Of a stretch of 32,000 nt of DNA, positions 1-9,205 are shown piece after piece; positions within the stretch are counted from its first letter, which is position 1, and each line of letters starts with the position of its first letter. The notes below the pieces were generated by a model that saw only the letters and a program-made list of their open reading frames with translations, searched no databases and had not been told where the DNA came from. This DNA comes from an uncultured archaeon (GTDB lineage Archaea > Asgardarchaeota > Thorarchaeia > Thorarchaeales > CAZPUN01): NCBI GenBank assembly GCA_964589775.1, contig CAZPUN010000059.1, positions 1 through 32,000 on the forward strand, in the 5' to 3' direction. The position numbers and the translations under genes are program-made.

Positions 1-129
1 GATGCCGAAGGACTCGAAAAAGTAATTGATGCTGTAGGACTTGAAAAAGTAATTGATGCCGTAGGACTCGAAAAAGTAATTGATGCTGTAGGACTTGAAA
101 AAGTAATTGATGCCGTAGGACTCGAAAAA
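1..129 (+). repeat. 27-bp coding tandem repeat, ~4.8 copies visible, with a 54-bp higher-order unit
   Basis: Units gatgc(c/t)gtaggact(c/t)gaaaaagtaatt at 1, 28, 55, 82 and 109 (partial). Variants gcc/ctc and gct/ctt alternate strictly. Confidence 0.95.
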
Positions 130-285
130 ATAGTAAAATCAGGATTATTTGGAAAATTAATTAATAAATTAGGAATAGAGGAGTTATATAATATAATTAT
201 TGACGAATACAGAGAAGGCAAAATAACGAAAGAAAACTTGCAATTACTCAAGAATCTTTTGGAGAATATATTAGAAGAAAATTAA
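1..285 (+). CDS. 3' end of a protein with 9-aa tandem repeats (DAVGLEKVI); truncated by the window edge
   Basis: Frame +1 is open from base 1 to TAA at 283-285: DAEGLEKVI DAVGLEKVI x3 DAVGLEKIVKSGLFGKLINKLGIEELYNII...EEN*. It is missing from the ORF track because its start lies upstream. Confidence 0.85.
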   Translation, partial: DAEGLEKVIDAVGLEKVIDAVGLEKVIDAVGLEKVIDAVGLEKIVKSGLFGKLINKLGIEELYNIIIDEYREGKITKENLQLLKNLLENILEEN

Positions 286-342
286 GTCAAACAGAAATAG
301 CTTATTTTTCCACAAAAATATAAAAAATCAAAACATAGGAGA

Positions 343-1497
343 CTATAAGCCTCCTTGCAGGTCAAGTAAGCGATTCACTTCATTCTTTACAGTTACTGGA
401 ATAGAGGGAACATCAATATTCATAAACCCACGAACAATGAGTTTTATTGCCTCATCTTCAGGTAGTCCGCGAGTTTCGAGGTAGAATAGTTGTTCTTCTT
501 CGATCTTTCCAACTGTTGCTTCGTGTGTTAGTTCAGTATCACGATTTGCAGCAGATAGTTCTGGGATAGCAACAATTTTTGCATTATCGGATAGCATAAG
601 ACCACGACACTCAAGGTGTGCTTTGGTTCGTGGAGCATTTCCAGATAATAAACCACGTGCAATTGCATGTGCATTATCTTTTGCAACAGTACGGGATAAA
701 ATAGTTCCATGTGTATCAGGTGCATTCATAAAGATTCTTCCACCGACATCATAATATCCTTTTCGCTGTGCAAGAATTGTAGAGTAAAGTTCTGCTTTTG
801 CACCGGGCCCGTCCAGATAGACCGCAGGATTTGTCTGGAGAAATTTTGTCGGCGTAAGATCAACATACATACTAATATATTCCCCACCATCGAGTACGCG
901 TACTGCAGTACGTGTGTGTACATCAGTATAATCATCCCAACCATGAATCATAGTAAAGCTGAGTTTAGCGTTTTCTTTTACATAATATTCAGAAACACCA
1001 ATATGGACAGTATGTTCAATTAGTGAAGGAGTAGAACAGCCAGAAACAATATGCAATTCAGAATTAGGTTCCGCAACAATAATATTATGAACAATTTGTT
1101 TTGCCCCTGAGGAAACAAATAAACAAGCTTGTACTGGGTCTTTAATCTTTACACCCTCTTCAACACGAATAAAATATCCGTTAGCCCATTTATGAACTGA
1201 TTCTTCTAGTATTTCATCGGATTTTGGATCCAATAATCCCCAGAAGTATTCGTTTACCCAATCATACTTTTCCATTGCTTTCCTAACAGAGGTGATTTCT
1301 AAACCTTCAATATTACTTGAAAGATTCTCAAGTATAACATTACGGTCCCATTGATAAAAAGCTCCAGGAGCCTTTTCTGCAGGCGGTAATCCTAATTCAG
1401 TGAATTTTTGTTTAATAACTTCAGGTAATTGTTCAGGAGATTCCACCGGTTCATGTTCAGGTGGATTTTCATTTACATCAGAATTTTCTTTTTTCAT
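343..1497 (-). CDS. sufB: SufB/SufD-family Fe-S cluster assembly scaffold (SmsB-like)
   Basis: GYFIRV...PVQACL, HNIIVAE, HIVSGC, HIGVSEYYV, AHLECRGL, PEL...THEATVGKI.EEQLFYL.TRG...EA..LIVRGF motifs. ATGA overlap with sufC. Confidence 0.9.
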   Translation of the reverse strand: MKKENSDVNENPPEHEPVESPEQLPEVIKQKFTELGLPPAEKAPGAFYQWDRNVILENLSSNIEGLEITSVRKAMEKYDWVNEYFWGLLDPKSDEILEESVHKWANGYFIRVEEGVKIKDPVQACLFVSSGAKQIVHNIIVAEPNSELHIVSGCSTPSLIEHTVHIGVSEYYVKENAKLSFTMIHGWDDYTDVHTRTAVRVLDGGEYISMYVDLTPTKFLQTNPAVYLDGPGAKAELYSTILAQRKGYYDVGGRIFMNAPDTHGTILSRTVAKDNAHAIARGLLSGNAPRTKAHLECRGLMLSDNAKIVAIPELSAANRDTELTHEATVGKIEEEQLFYLETRGLPEDEAIKLIVRGFMNIDVPSIPVTVKNEVNRLLDLQGGL

Positions 1498-2246
1498 GCA
1501 GTTATCCCCCTTGATTCTAAGAACTTGACATAACCAACACTTTCTAATTCATCTAAATATTCGGGGCCGCCTTCAAATACAAATCGCCCATCTTTCATTA
1601 TGTGGATCTTGTTTGGCTTTATGTGCTCAAGAATATATTTATGGTGAGTAATTATTAACAGGGAAGTCTTATGTAACGAAACATATCTTTCAATCGCTTT
1701 CCCAAGTAATTTCAGAGAATCTATATCCACGCCGGAATCAGGTTCATCCAAAATCAAAAGCTTCGGATGCATTGTGAAAACCTGAGCAAGCTCACTGCGC
1801 TTAACTTCACCGCCAGAAAAACCAACATTGACATCACGGTCTGCAAAATGAGGAATCCCAAGCCTCTGAAGATAATCTTGAACTACAAGATCACAAAATG
1901 GCCCTTTTCTCTTTTCGTGATTTCTTACATCACATGTCGCACACATAAGATCATTTAACTTAACACCTTCGATTTCTGGAGGATTTTGAAAAGTCATTGC
2001 GAGTCCTAATCGGGCACGCTCATGAACTGGCAAATTAATTATAGATTTGCCTTCAAATAATATGTCTCCTTCATATACGATAAAACTCGGACTACCCATT
2101 ATAACACGAGCCAAAGTAGTTTTGCCAGAGCCATTAGGTCCCAATATGATATGCACTTCCTGCTTGCCAATTGATAAATTGACTCCATTGAGTATTTTCT
2201 TATCTTTTGTACCTGCATGAAGGTTGATTATGTCTAAAAGACTCAA
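1494..2246 (-). CDS. sufC: SufC-type ABC ATPase of Fe-S assembly (SmsC-like)
   Basis: Walker A GPNGSGKTT, ERARLG...FQ.P, VNVGFSGGE.KR.E, LILDEPDSGVDID, IITH. GGTGA RBS before the TTG start. Confidence 0.92.
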   Translation of the reverse strand: MSLLDIINLHAGTKDKKILNGVNLSIGKQEVHIILGPNGSGKTTLARVIMGSPSFIVYEGDILFEGKSIINLPVHERARLGLAMTFQNPPEIEGVKLNDLMCATCDVRNHEKRKGPFCDLVVQDYLQRLGIPHFADRDVNVGFSGGEVKRSELAQVFTMHPKLLILDEPDSGVDIDSLKLLGKAIERYVSLHKTSLLIITHHKYILEHIKPNKIHIMKDGRFVFEGGPEYLDELESVGYVKFLESRGITA

Positions 2247-2431
2247 CTAAGTTCACCTTTTTGTCAATTATTAACAATTGTGTAATTTTCTCTTTTTAGT
2301 GTTTCACTTGTTGCATAATAGATTTTTTTTCTATATTTAATAGTCTATGTATGGGACATAATTTTTGAAAACGAATATTTATTAGAAGTAAACTTCACAA
2401 TGTTACAAATAAACAAATGGAGAGATAAGTT

Positions 2432-2845
2432 ATGGAAAATAAGGATGCTTTTGTCTTAGCGCTGATTGCAGGAGCCTTGTTAATAATTTCAGGAGTTACT
2501 GGAAGCGTAGGACTGATTAAGGATATAATTACATTTTTTGCGCCATCACTACCACCTGATGCCATAGCTGCAATAAATTTCGTACTTTCAATTTTAAACG
2601 CAATAGCAATGCTTGGAGGAATTGCAGTAATTATCGGAGGAGTACTAGTAACACAAGGAAGTGTAAAATTAGGAAAGTTCATTATTGGATTAGGAGCTGG
2701 AACTGGTCTTATCGGAGTCATAATAAATCTGGTAACATTAATAATGAATGGTGCATTAACTGCATCTAATTGGATCTGGCTCTTTCAGAGTACAGCATGG
2801 GTAGGAATAATATTATCGGTTATCGCAAGGCTCAGAGCGAAATAA
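2432..2845 (+). CDS. Small glycine-rich integral membrane protein (about 4 TM), unknown function
   Basis: Four hydrophobic Gly-rich segments; GGAGA RBS upstream of the ATG. Confidence 0.8.
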   Translation: MENKDAFVLALIAGALLIISGVTGSVGLIKDIITFFAPSLPPDAIAAINFVLSILNAIAMLGGIAVIIGGVLVTQGSVKLGKFIIGLGAGTGLIGVIINLVTLIMNGALTASNWIWLFQSTAWVGIILSVIARLRAK

Positions 2846-2885
2846 TATTATATAGCTTTCTTCTTTTCTTTTTTTGGCGATTAAA

Positions 2886-3263
2886 ATGAAAGAAATTATA
2901 TGGACAGACAAGGCTCCAAAACCTGTTGGACCATACTCACAAGCTGTTAAAGTTGGTAATTTTTTGTTCATATCAGGACAAATTCCATATACACCCGATG
3001 GAAAATTGGCTGGCACGACTATAAAAGATCAGACGGAACAAGTGCTTGAAAATATTAAAGCTGTACTAAATGCAGCAGGTACAGATTTATCTAACGTTGT
3101 AAAGGTAACAGTGTATCTAAAAGATATGAATGATTTTGCAGAAATGAATGAAGTATACGCACAATACTTTAAGGATAAACCTCCAGCACGAGCCGCAGTT
3201 GAGGTAGCAAAATTGCCAAAAGACGTAAAAATTGAAATTGAAGTGATAGCATATATTTCATAA
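2886..3263 (+). CDS. ridA: RidA/YjgF/UK114 reactive enamine/imine deaminase
   Basis: [51 protein letters not shown]...IEIE. ATG at 2886 preferred over TTG at 2874. Confidence 0.93.
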   Translation: MKEIIWTDKAPKPVGPYSQAVKVGNFLFISGQIPYTPDGKLAGTTIKDQTEQVLENIKAVLNAAGTDLSNVVKVTVYLKDMNDFAEMNEVYAQYFKDKPPARAAVEVAKLPKDVKIEIEVIAYIS

Positions 3264-3442
3264 ATAATCTTCATTTTTTTATATTCAAATATTACAGAGA
3301 TAAGCGTTTTAGTGGATACACAGTAATAGGGAAAACATACCCAAATTTAAAGGATAAGATAGATAATTTTGTGATAGACCAATAGATTTTTTAAATAATA
3401 ATTGGTGAAAAATACATGAGACCACAAAATAGAGGTTCAATA

Positions 3443-4060
3443 ATGTCGAAACACGTTTCTGATGAGATGGAACAGGGACAGGGGACTAAAAGTGATTCTC
3501 AACTCTCTCAGAAGATAGAGGAATTTACGCAATATCTATCTCGAAATCCATCTGACGAAAAAGCATGGGAACAACTTGGCATGGCATATCTTGAACTGTC
3601 AGATATTACAAATGCCATTCGATGTTTTGATCAAGTTCTAAACACTAATCCTGAGAACAATTACGCTCTTGTTGCAAAGGGATATTTATTACTTGCTAAG
3701 GGAGAATTTGATAAAGCAATAGAGTATTTCAAAAAGGCAATAGAACATAATCGACGAAATAAGAAAGCATGGGAAGGCTTAGCATTCACACAGATCTTAA
3801 TTGAAGATACACGTTCGGCAATTAATTCATATAGTGCGTATCTTACATTAGCACCAAACAATGGTTTGGCATGGTATCATATTGCCATTGCATATGCTTT
3901 TGAAGGACTTTATGAAGAAGCTATATTTGCACTAGAGACCGCAATGACGATTGATCCATCACTATCAGAAGATATTTTGGAGTTGTTAGAGATAATTAAC
4001 TCTCAAATTGGATTGGGAAACTATGAAATTTCCGATGAAGAACTTGTAGATGGCTCATAA
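3443..4060 (+). CDS. Tetratricopeptide repeat protein (~4 TPRs)
   Basis: Repeated AW..LG.AY......A...F..AL...P patterns. GAGGT RBS before ATG 3443 (the ORF is open from 3416). Confidence 0.88.
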   Translation: MSKHVSDEMEQGQGTKSDSQLSQKIEEFTQYLSRNPSDEKAWEQLGMAYLELSDITNAIRCFDQVLNTNPENNYALVAKGYLLLAKGEFDKAIEYFKKAIEHNRRNKKAWEGLAFTQILIEDTRSAINSYSAYLTLAPNNGLAWYHIAIAYAFEGLYEEAIFALETAMTIDPSLSEDILELLEIINSQIGLGNYEISDEELVDGS

Positions 4061-4153
4061 TTTTTGTTTCGTTCAATTTTTGCTTATTTTTTGTATCACG
4101 TAAGATTAATTAGATAGGACATAATATATGTTACTGTGAGGAGGCTGGAAGAT

Positions 4154-4537
4154 GTGACCAGCGATAATGAAAAATCAGGATTACCTATTCTAAGTGGAAT
4201 AAGTGTTGGAGAAAGAGGAGAATATAACGGAGAAGCAGTAATTATTAGGAAACCGGAGGATTTGGAAAAGATCACTCCAGAGCGTATTCCAATCTTAAGT
4301 AGAGAAATTAAAGAATTCTTTGAAAATAATTTAGGGGAGTTCGATAGATTAGCAAATAATGTTTATGCAATTTTAGCCGAATTTGGGTATCCCGTTGATG
4401 ATTTTGCAGCTATAATATATGCACATGAAATAATTGGTCTTGTTAGCATCGATAAAATAACAGATGTTATTCAAGAGGGCATGAAAATAAGAATATACGC
4501 AGATGAAGGTACAGGATACGTAGAATTCATTGAATAA
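4154..4537 (+). CDS. Stand-alone PEP-utilizer swivel (phosphohistidine-like) domain, catalytic His apparently absent
   Basis: LSGISVG.RG.Y.GEAVII, AILAEFG....D.AAI, IQEGMKIRI.A.EGTGYV match the mobile-domain pattern. GGAGG precedes GTG 4154. Confidence 0.65.
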   Translation: MTSDNEKSGLPILSGISVGERGEYNGEAVIIRKPEDLEKITPERIPILSREIKEFFENNLGEFDRLANNVYAILAEFGYPVDDFAAIIYAHEIIGLVSIDKITDVIQEGMKIRIYADEGTGYVEFIE

Positions 4538-4555
4538 AAAAGAAAAATAAAAAAT

Positions 4556-5302
4556 CTATCGAGATATAAGACGATCTCTATTGAAATTATCATATACTAA
4601 AATTGTAGGAATAATAGCTCCAAGTAGATCTATGCCAATTAGAAACAATGTTGTAAGAAGATCAAATTGAATCACTGTTGAACTGCTCATTATTTGTTGC
4701 ATTACAGCGATAAATGGAACAAAAACGAATAGAACAACTACGCCTCCAACTTGGTATGCTTCAAAAAGATTATGGACTCGCTCACTAATTATGAACATAA
4801 TAGAAACTGCACTGAGTGAAACTAAAATCCCGGACATTATGATTACGAATAGAATACTGGGGTCTGGAAAGGCAAACAATGGATATCCAAATAACAATGC
4901 GATTATATACCAAGATATAACAACAGACACCAAAGAGGATATGAAGATTATGAATGCAGGTAATAATGACGTGATATATTTACCCATCAGAATTTCACGA
5001 TCACTTAAGGGAGTGAGTAATAAGGGTTCAATTGTACGTCTTTCTTTTTCTCCAACAAATGAGTCTGCAGCTATATAATACGAAACAATAACAGGAGCAA
5101 GGGGTAACATAAGAATTGCATCGATATTAGTTACAGTCATTAGAACATTAAATGGCGCATTCATTGCAGCCATTAAAACCATAATTGCAATTATTGAACC
5201 TGTAAGGATAAAACTTCCAATTATAATTGCCATTTTTACATATCGAGTTTTGTATGCAATTCTAAATTGAGTTATTCCAAGAATTTTTACTTCCTCTTTC
5301 AT
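4556..5302 (-). CDS. ABC-2 type transporter permease
   Basis: ADSFVGEKERRTIEPLLLTPLSDREILMGK signature; ~6 TM; ATGA overlap with the ATPase gene. Confidence 0.9.
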   Translation of the reverse strand: MKEEVKILGITQFRIAYKTRYVKMAIIIGSFILTGSIIAIMVLMAAMNAPFNVLMTVTNIDAILMLPLAPVIVSYYIAADSFVGEKERRTIEPLLLTPLSDREILMGKYITSLLPAFIIFISSLVSVVISWYIIALLFGYPLFAFPDPSILFVIIMSGILVSLSAVSIMFIISERVHNLFEAYQVGGVVVLFVFVPFIAVMQQIMSSSTVIQFDLLTTLFLIGIDLLGAIIPTILVYDNFNRDRLISR

Positions 5303-6249
5303 TTTTGCCCCTCCAAGGTCTTAATATAAAGATCTTCAAGAGTTATTTCTTCTTCTCGTAACTCTATTATTTTAGCACCTGAACTAACAAGTGCATCAAC
5401 TAGCAATGGATTATTCTCATCGGGATTTTTAACATCCACAACGAGCGTGCCATGAACTACCCTGGGGTTCTCAACAAAATCTAAAGAATCAAGTACTGCA
5501 ATAAACTGTGAAGGGTCATTCTGTATACGTATAGAATATTGAATCATTGCATTTAGGGACTCTTTAATATCATTAATTTTTCCGAGTTTCAATATTCGAC
5601 CCTTATTTAAAATACCAATTGAAGAGCAAATCCTTTGGATTTCAGGAAGATTATGTGAACTTATAAAAAAGGTCAAGTTTTCTTTTTCACTTAAATCCAA
5701 AATCAAGTTTCGAACTTTCCTAGCCATTATGGGATCTAAAGAGGCAGTAGGCTCATCAAGAAATAGAACTTTGGGCTTATGTATCAAAGCACGAGCAATT
5801 GCTAACTTTTGTCGATTTCCAGTACTCAAGGTTTCAACTCGCGAATCTTCATACTCGGTTAAATCCAAAAACTCAAGTAAATAACCTATTCGATCATCAG
5901 CTTCTTCATTACTTAATCCATATAATTTTCCAAAAAACTTCAAATTTTCATATACAGAAATGGTACCATAATGTGTATGAGCTGCTTCTTCAGGCAAGAC
6001 TCCAATAATACGTCTTATTTCGCCAGGCTCGTCATGAATATCAATTCCCAGAATCGAAGCAGTACCATCAGTAGGAGTTAACAAAGTCGATAATAATCTT
6101 ATAGTAGTACTTTTTCCAGCACCGTTTGGACCTAAATATCCAAACACTTCACCTTCATCAACTTCAAAAGAAATGTGATCAAGAGCCAATGTGGTTTCAA
6201 ACTGTTTAGTGAGATTTTCAACCTTAATTGCAATCCCCAATTTTTTCAC
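5299..6249 (-). CDS. ABC transporter ATP-binding protein (DrrA/CcmA-like exporter) with C-terminal accessory domain
   Basis: GPNGAGKST, LSTGNRQK, FLDEPTASLDP, SSHNL, and terminal TLEDLYI. Confidence 0.92.
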   Translation of the reverse strand: MKKLGIAIKVENLTKQFETTLALDHISFEVDEGEVFGYLGPNGAGKSTTIRLLSTLLTPTDGTASILGIDIHDEPGEIRRIIGVLPEEAAHTHYGTISVYENLKFFGKLYGLSNEEADDRIGYLLEFLDLTEYEDSRVETLSTGNRQKLAIARALIHKPKVLFLDEPTASLDPIMARKVRNLILDLSEKENLTFFISSHNLPEIQRICSSIGILNKGRILKLGKINDIKESLNAMIQYSIRIQNDPSQFIAVLDSLDFVENPRVVHGTLVVDVKNPDENNPLLVDALVSSGAKIIELREEEITLEDLYIKTLEGQK

Positions 6250-6312
6250 CAGCTCTATAAATTGTAAAAAGATATTAAAAAAAGAAATGTAATAAGGTTC
6301 TTATATATGCAA

Positions 6313-7572
6313 TTATACAAATTCTCGCATTGTTATTAGTGTATAAATAGATTCAATTCCGTCAATTTTTTCAATTTGTTTGATTACTAAGTTTTCAGCT
6401 TTACCAATACTACGAACTTTGATTCGTACTATATAATCGTAGTCGCTTGCTACAGCTGCAACAGATTCAACACCACGAATTTTTCCAATTTTTTCAAGCA
6501 AATCACCACTACCCGTCCTAGAGCGAACTAAGATTATAGCACGAACTTCACTCACTGAAAGCAAGACAATTCCACTCAATACAAAAATTGTTCCAATTAT
6601 TTTTAGAGTCCAACCTAAACTATCAGTGCTTATTGGACCAAAAATTTGAGGCGCAATAAGACTTGCAATTAAAGTAAGTGGAATTCCCATAATTGTAGAA
6701 ATTGAAGCAAGCGAGCTGACCACAGACATTTTTCCTTTTGACAAGGCTCGAGTATATGCAATTATTGAGAAAAATATCAAAATCATACCCAATACGGAAT
6801 ATGGTGCGGTAATCCAGAATTTATCAATTATTACTTGCATTACATGATCATTTATCAAGGGAATTGAGAAGAGCGTCATAAATATGTTCATGAAGAATAG
6901 TGTCCATATACGCAAGTTCAATGTATCAACATTTTGGCGGGCTTTAATCTTCATACGAGTAGCTTTTGATAAATATATGACATAAAGAGCCGAGGATATA
7001 TTTAGGGGGCCAAGTACAATTAAAAGATCAAAAAGATCCATTGCACCCTTTGATGAACCCACAAGAATTACACCAAATGTGATCGAGAGGATAGACTGTA
7101 TTTCTACTGCAGATGGAAAATCTTTTTCATTCATTAAATCAGCAAACATTAGATAAATTACAACAAATTGGCTATATGGCAAAACTAGTGATGAATCATT
7201 TTGTGATGCTAACAAGTAATAAAATAATGTACTAATACCACCGAAGAACCCAGATGCAACTACCCATTTCATTATTCGCCATGGGAAAATTCTAGGTTTA
7301 TCATAATTCGGGTCCAGAAAGTAGCCAATAGGACGGTTACGATGCTTAAATGACGGCAGCGCAACTATTAGAACGATAGAAACACTGGCAAGTAATCCAA
7401 GCCATTGAGTTATAATTCCATATGCCACAGGCTCATTTGGCATTGCAACAACCATTGCGGTTACATCTGTAAATACTGTAAATGAAGAAAGAATCCCGGA
7501 TAACAAAGCAAGTATATAGAAGCTTTGCTTTGCTGTATGCTTACCGACTGGTCGCTCATAAGCACTGGGCAT
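6313..7572 (-). CDS. EamA/DMT-like membrane transporter fused to a C-terminal Lrp/AsnC ligand-binding (RAM) domain
   Basis: ~10 TM in two repeats (FYYLLA...SSLVLP; AYTRAL.KGKMSVVSSL...IIGTIFVLSGIVLL), then RAIILVR...IRGVESVAAVASDYDYIVRI...IDGIESIYTLI. Confidence 0.8.
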   Translation of the reverse strand: MPSAYERPVGKHTAKQSFYILALLSGILSSFTVFTDVTAMVVAMPNEPVAYGIITQWLGLLASVSIVLIVALPSFKHRNRPIGYFLDPNYDKPRIFPWRIMKWVVASGFFGGISTLFYYLLASQNDSSLVLPYSQFVVIYLMFADLMNEKDFPSAVEIQSILSITFGVILVGSSKGAMDLFDLLIVLGPLNISSALYVIYLSKATRMKIKARQNVDTLNLRIWTLFFMNIFMTLFSIPLINDHVMQVIIDKFWITAPYSVLGMILIFFSIIAYTRALSKGKMSVVSSLASISTIMGIPLTLIASLIAPQIFGPISTDSLGWTLKIIGTIFVLSGIVLLSVSEVRAIILVRSRTGSGDLLEKIGKIRGVESVAAVASDYDYIVRIKVRSIGKAENLVIKQIEKIDGIESIYTLITMREFV

Positions 7573-7583
7573 ATTTTACACTC

Positions 7584-7835
7584 CTATTCGGTTTTGAATT
7601 CTTTTTCAATAACAGCTGTAGTAGTGCTTACAATTCCATCAATCTTATGTACTTCATTGACAGTTATCTCATATAATCGCTCTAGAGATTCAGTATCAAT
7701 TCTAACAATTATGTCGTAGATCCCCGTTGTGACTGAAACACAAGTTACTTGAAGTATATTCCTTAACCCATCTAATACGGCTTGTGTTTTTCCTAGCTCA
7801 ACTGTAATTAAAATATAGGCGCTAATCATAGTCAC
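7584..7835 (-). CDS. Stand-alone Lrp/AsnC ligand-binding (RAM) domain protein with no HTH (demi-FFRP)
   Basis: SAYILITVELGK...VTTGIYDIIVRI...VHKIDGIVSTTTAV; 83 aa. Confidence 0.88.
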   Translation of the reverse strand: MTMISAYILITVELGKTQAVLDGLRNILQVTCVSVTTGIYDIIVRIDTESLERLYEITVNEVHKIDGIVSTTTAVIEKEFKTE

Positions 7836-7913
7836 TCATCTCATTTACTCTAATATTTTATCATTAATTACAGAAGACCTATAAAATATATGGTATAAAA
7901 AATAGAAAAAAGA

Positions 7914-9017
7914 TTATTCGGAAGATTCTTCGGTTGTATCTTCTTTCGTCTCTTCGGAGTTTTGTGCTGCCTCACTAGAAGCATTTTCTTCCTTGGTTTC
8001 GTCTTTAGATTCTTCCTTGGTTTCTGTTTTCTTTGACTTTCTGGTTCGTTTCTTTTTCTTTGGTTTCTTTTCCTTCTCTTCAGATTCTTCTGCAGTATCC
8101 TCGGTCTTTAATTCACTAAATAGATCTTTACGTTCCTGCTTCAGACGCTGAAGTAAAATAAATTCATCAAAAGTCAAACGACGCCCAGATTTTATTTTTT
8201 CGAGTAATGCTTCAATTTTTTGCTCATTCATTTTCTTTCTACGCCGTTCGCGTTGAGCTCTACGAGCACCTTTCTTTGCCTCAAAATATGCGTTAATCTT
8301 CCCTCTTGTTTCTCTAATTTCTTCTTGTATTTGTCTAAGCTTTTCTTCGTGCTCCTTAACTTTAGTAAGCCACTCAATAAAGTTCTTATGAGCTTGGTCC
8401 GCAGCTTTCTTAAATTGATCAAGCTGTGGTCGGATTTTAACAACTTCTTGATGATGAATTTGAGATTGTTCAGATAATTCTACAACTTTTTCGTGATGCT
8501 TTGCTGCTTCTTCCTTAAGGCGTCTTGCAGTACGACGAAGCTCGCGCAATCGATCTTGCTTTTCTTTTTCTTCCTTTACTTTGGCTAATTTTGCTTCAAT
8601 CTCAGCAATTTCTTTAACAAGTCTATCTTCTTCCTCTTTAGTAAGGGGCTCGGTCTGTATTCTCCATTCGAGGCGCTCAACCATTTTCATCATGCGGCGT
8701 TGTTCTCTAGACGGTTGCCCCACGATTGTGCCACGAATTTCGGCAATTTCCGCATATATTTCTTTTATTTGTTTGTGGAGCTCATCTCTCTGCCGCTTAT
8801 GCTCGGCAATTTCCGCATTTATGGCATCGCGAGCTTCTTTCTCGGCTTTTACGCTTTCAATAAGCCGCCTAACTTCAGCATTATATTCATCTCTAATTTT
8901 CTTATATTCATTCATTTTATCACGGATACGTACTAGTTCCGCGCGCTCATCTTGAGCTTCTTTAATTAACTTCTTTACCTTTGCCTTGAGGAAGTCAATG
9001 TTTTCAGTGTCTGACAA
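7914..9017 (-). CDS. Archaeal long coiled-coil protein (COG1340-like) with a charged low-complexity tail
   Basis: RDEYNAEV, RDAINAEI, LEWRIQT.PLT.EEE..LV.EI, AAKHHEKV.EL...SQ.HH, ADQAH..F, SGRRLTFDEF; tail rich in E/K/S/T. Confidence 0.8.
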   Translation of the reverse strand: MSDTENIDFLKAKVKKLIKEAQDERAELVRIRDKMNEYKKIRDEYNAEVRRLIESVKAEKEARDAINAEIAEHKRQRDELHKQIKEIYAEIAEIRGTIVGQPSREQRRMMKMVERLEWRIQTEPLTKEEEDRLVKEIAEIEAKLAKVKEEKEKQDRLRELRRTARRLKEEAAKHHEKVVELSEQSQIHHQEVVKIRPQLDQFKKAADQAHKNFIEWLTKVKEHEEKLRQIQEEIRETRGKINAYFEAKKGARRAQRERRRKKMNEQKIEALLEKIKSGRRLTFDEFILLQRLKQERKDLFSELKTEDTAEESEEKEKKPKKKKRTRKSKKTETKEESKDETKEENASSEAAQNSEETKEDTTEESSE

Positions 9018-9205
9018 TTGCGAACCCTCTTATGGTGTTACCAGATCTTGTAATCAACAAGATCGTGTTTTATATATAATTTTAATATATGAACGGCAAA
9101 TTACTGCCGATTCTGTGAATTGAGAACATTCAGAACTCCTTATAATTATTTCCATAGAGTCCATAAAGAAGAAAATCAGATTTACATATAAGCATTATTG
9201 ATTTT

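Noticed and set aside
1-129. 27-bp repeats as a CRISPR array
   Set aside because: The units are contiguous with no spacers, are in frame, and vary mostly at synonymous positions. No cas genes are present.
2261-2277. Imperfect palindrome ttgtcaattattaacaa upstream of sufC
   Set aside because: It is AT-rich and imperfect, so it is too weak to call an operator without comparative data.
2395-2721. Antisense and alternate-frame ORFs in the ORF track (e.g. 2395-2721, 8581-8955, 13494-13814, 18827-19156, 29795-30280)
   Set aside because: They lie within or opposite well-supported genes and have shadow-ORF composition with no motifs.
7914-8110. Repetitive ttcttccttggttt sequence as a DNA repeat element
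   Set aside because: It is explained by the low-complexity ETKEE coding tail.
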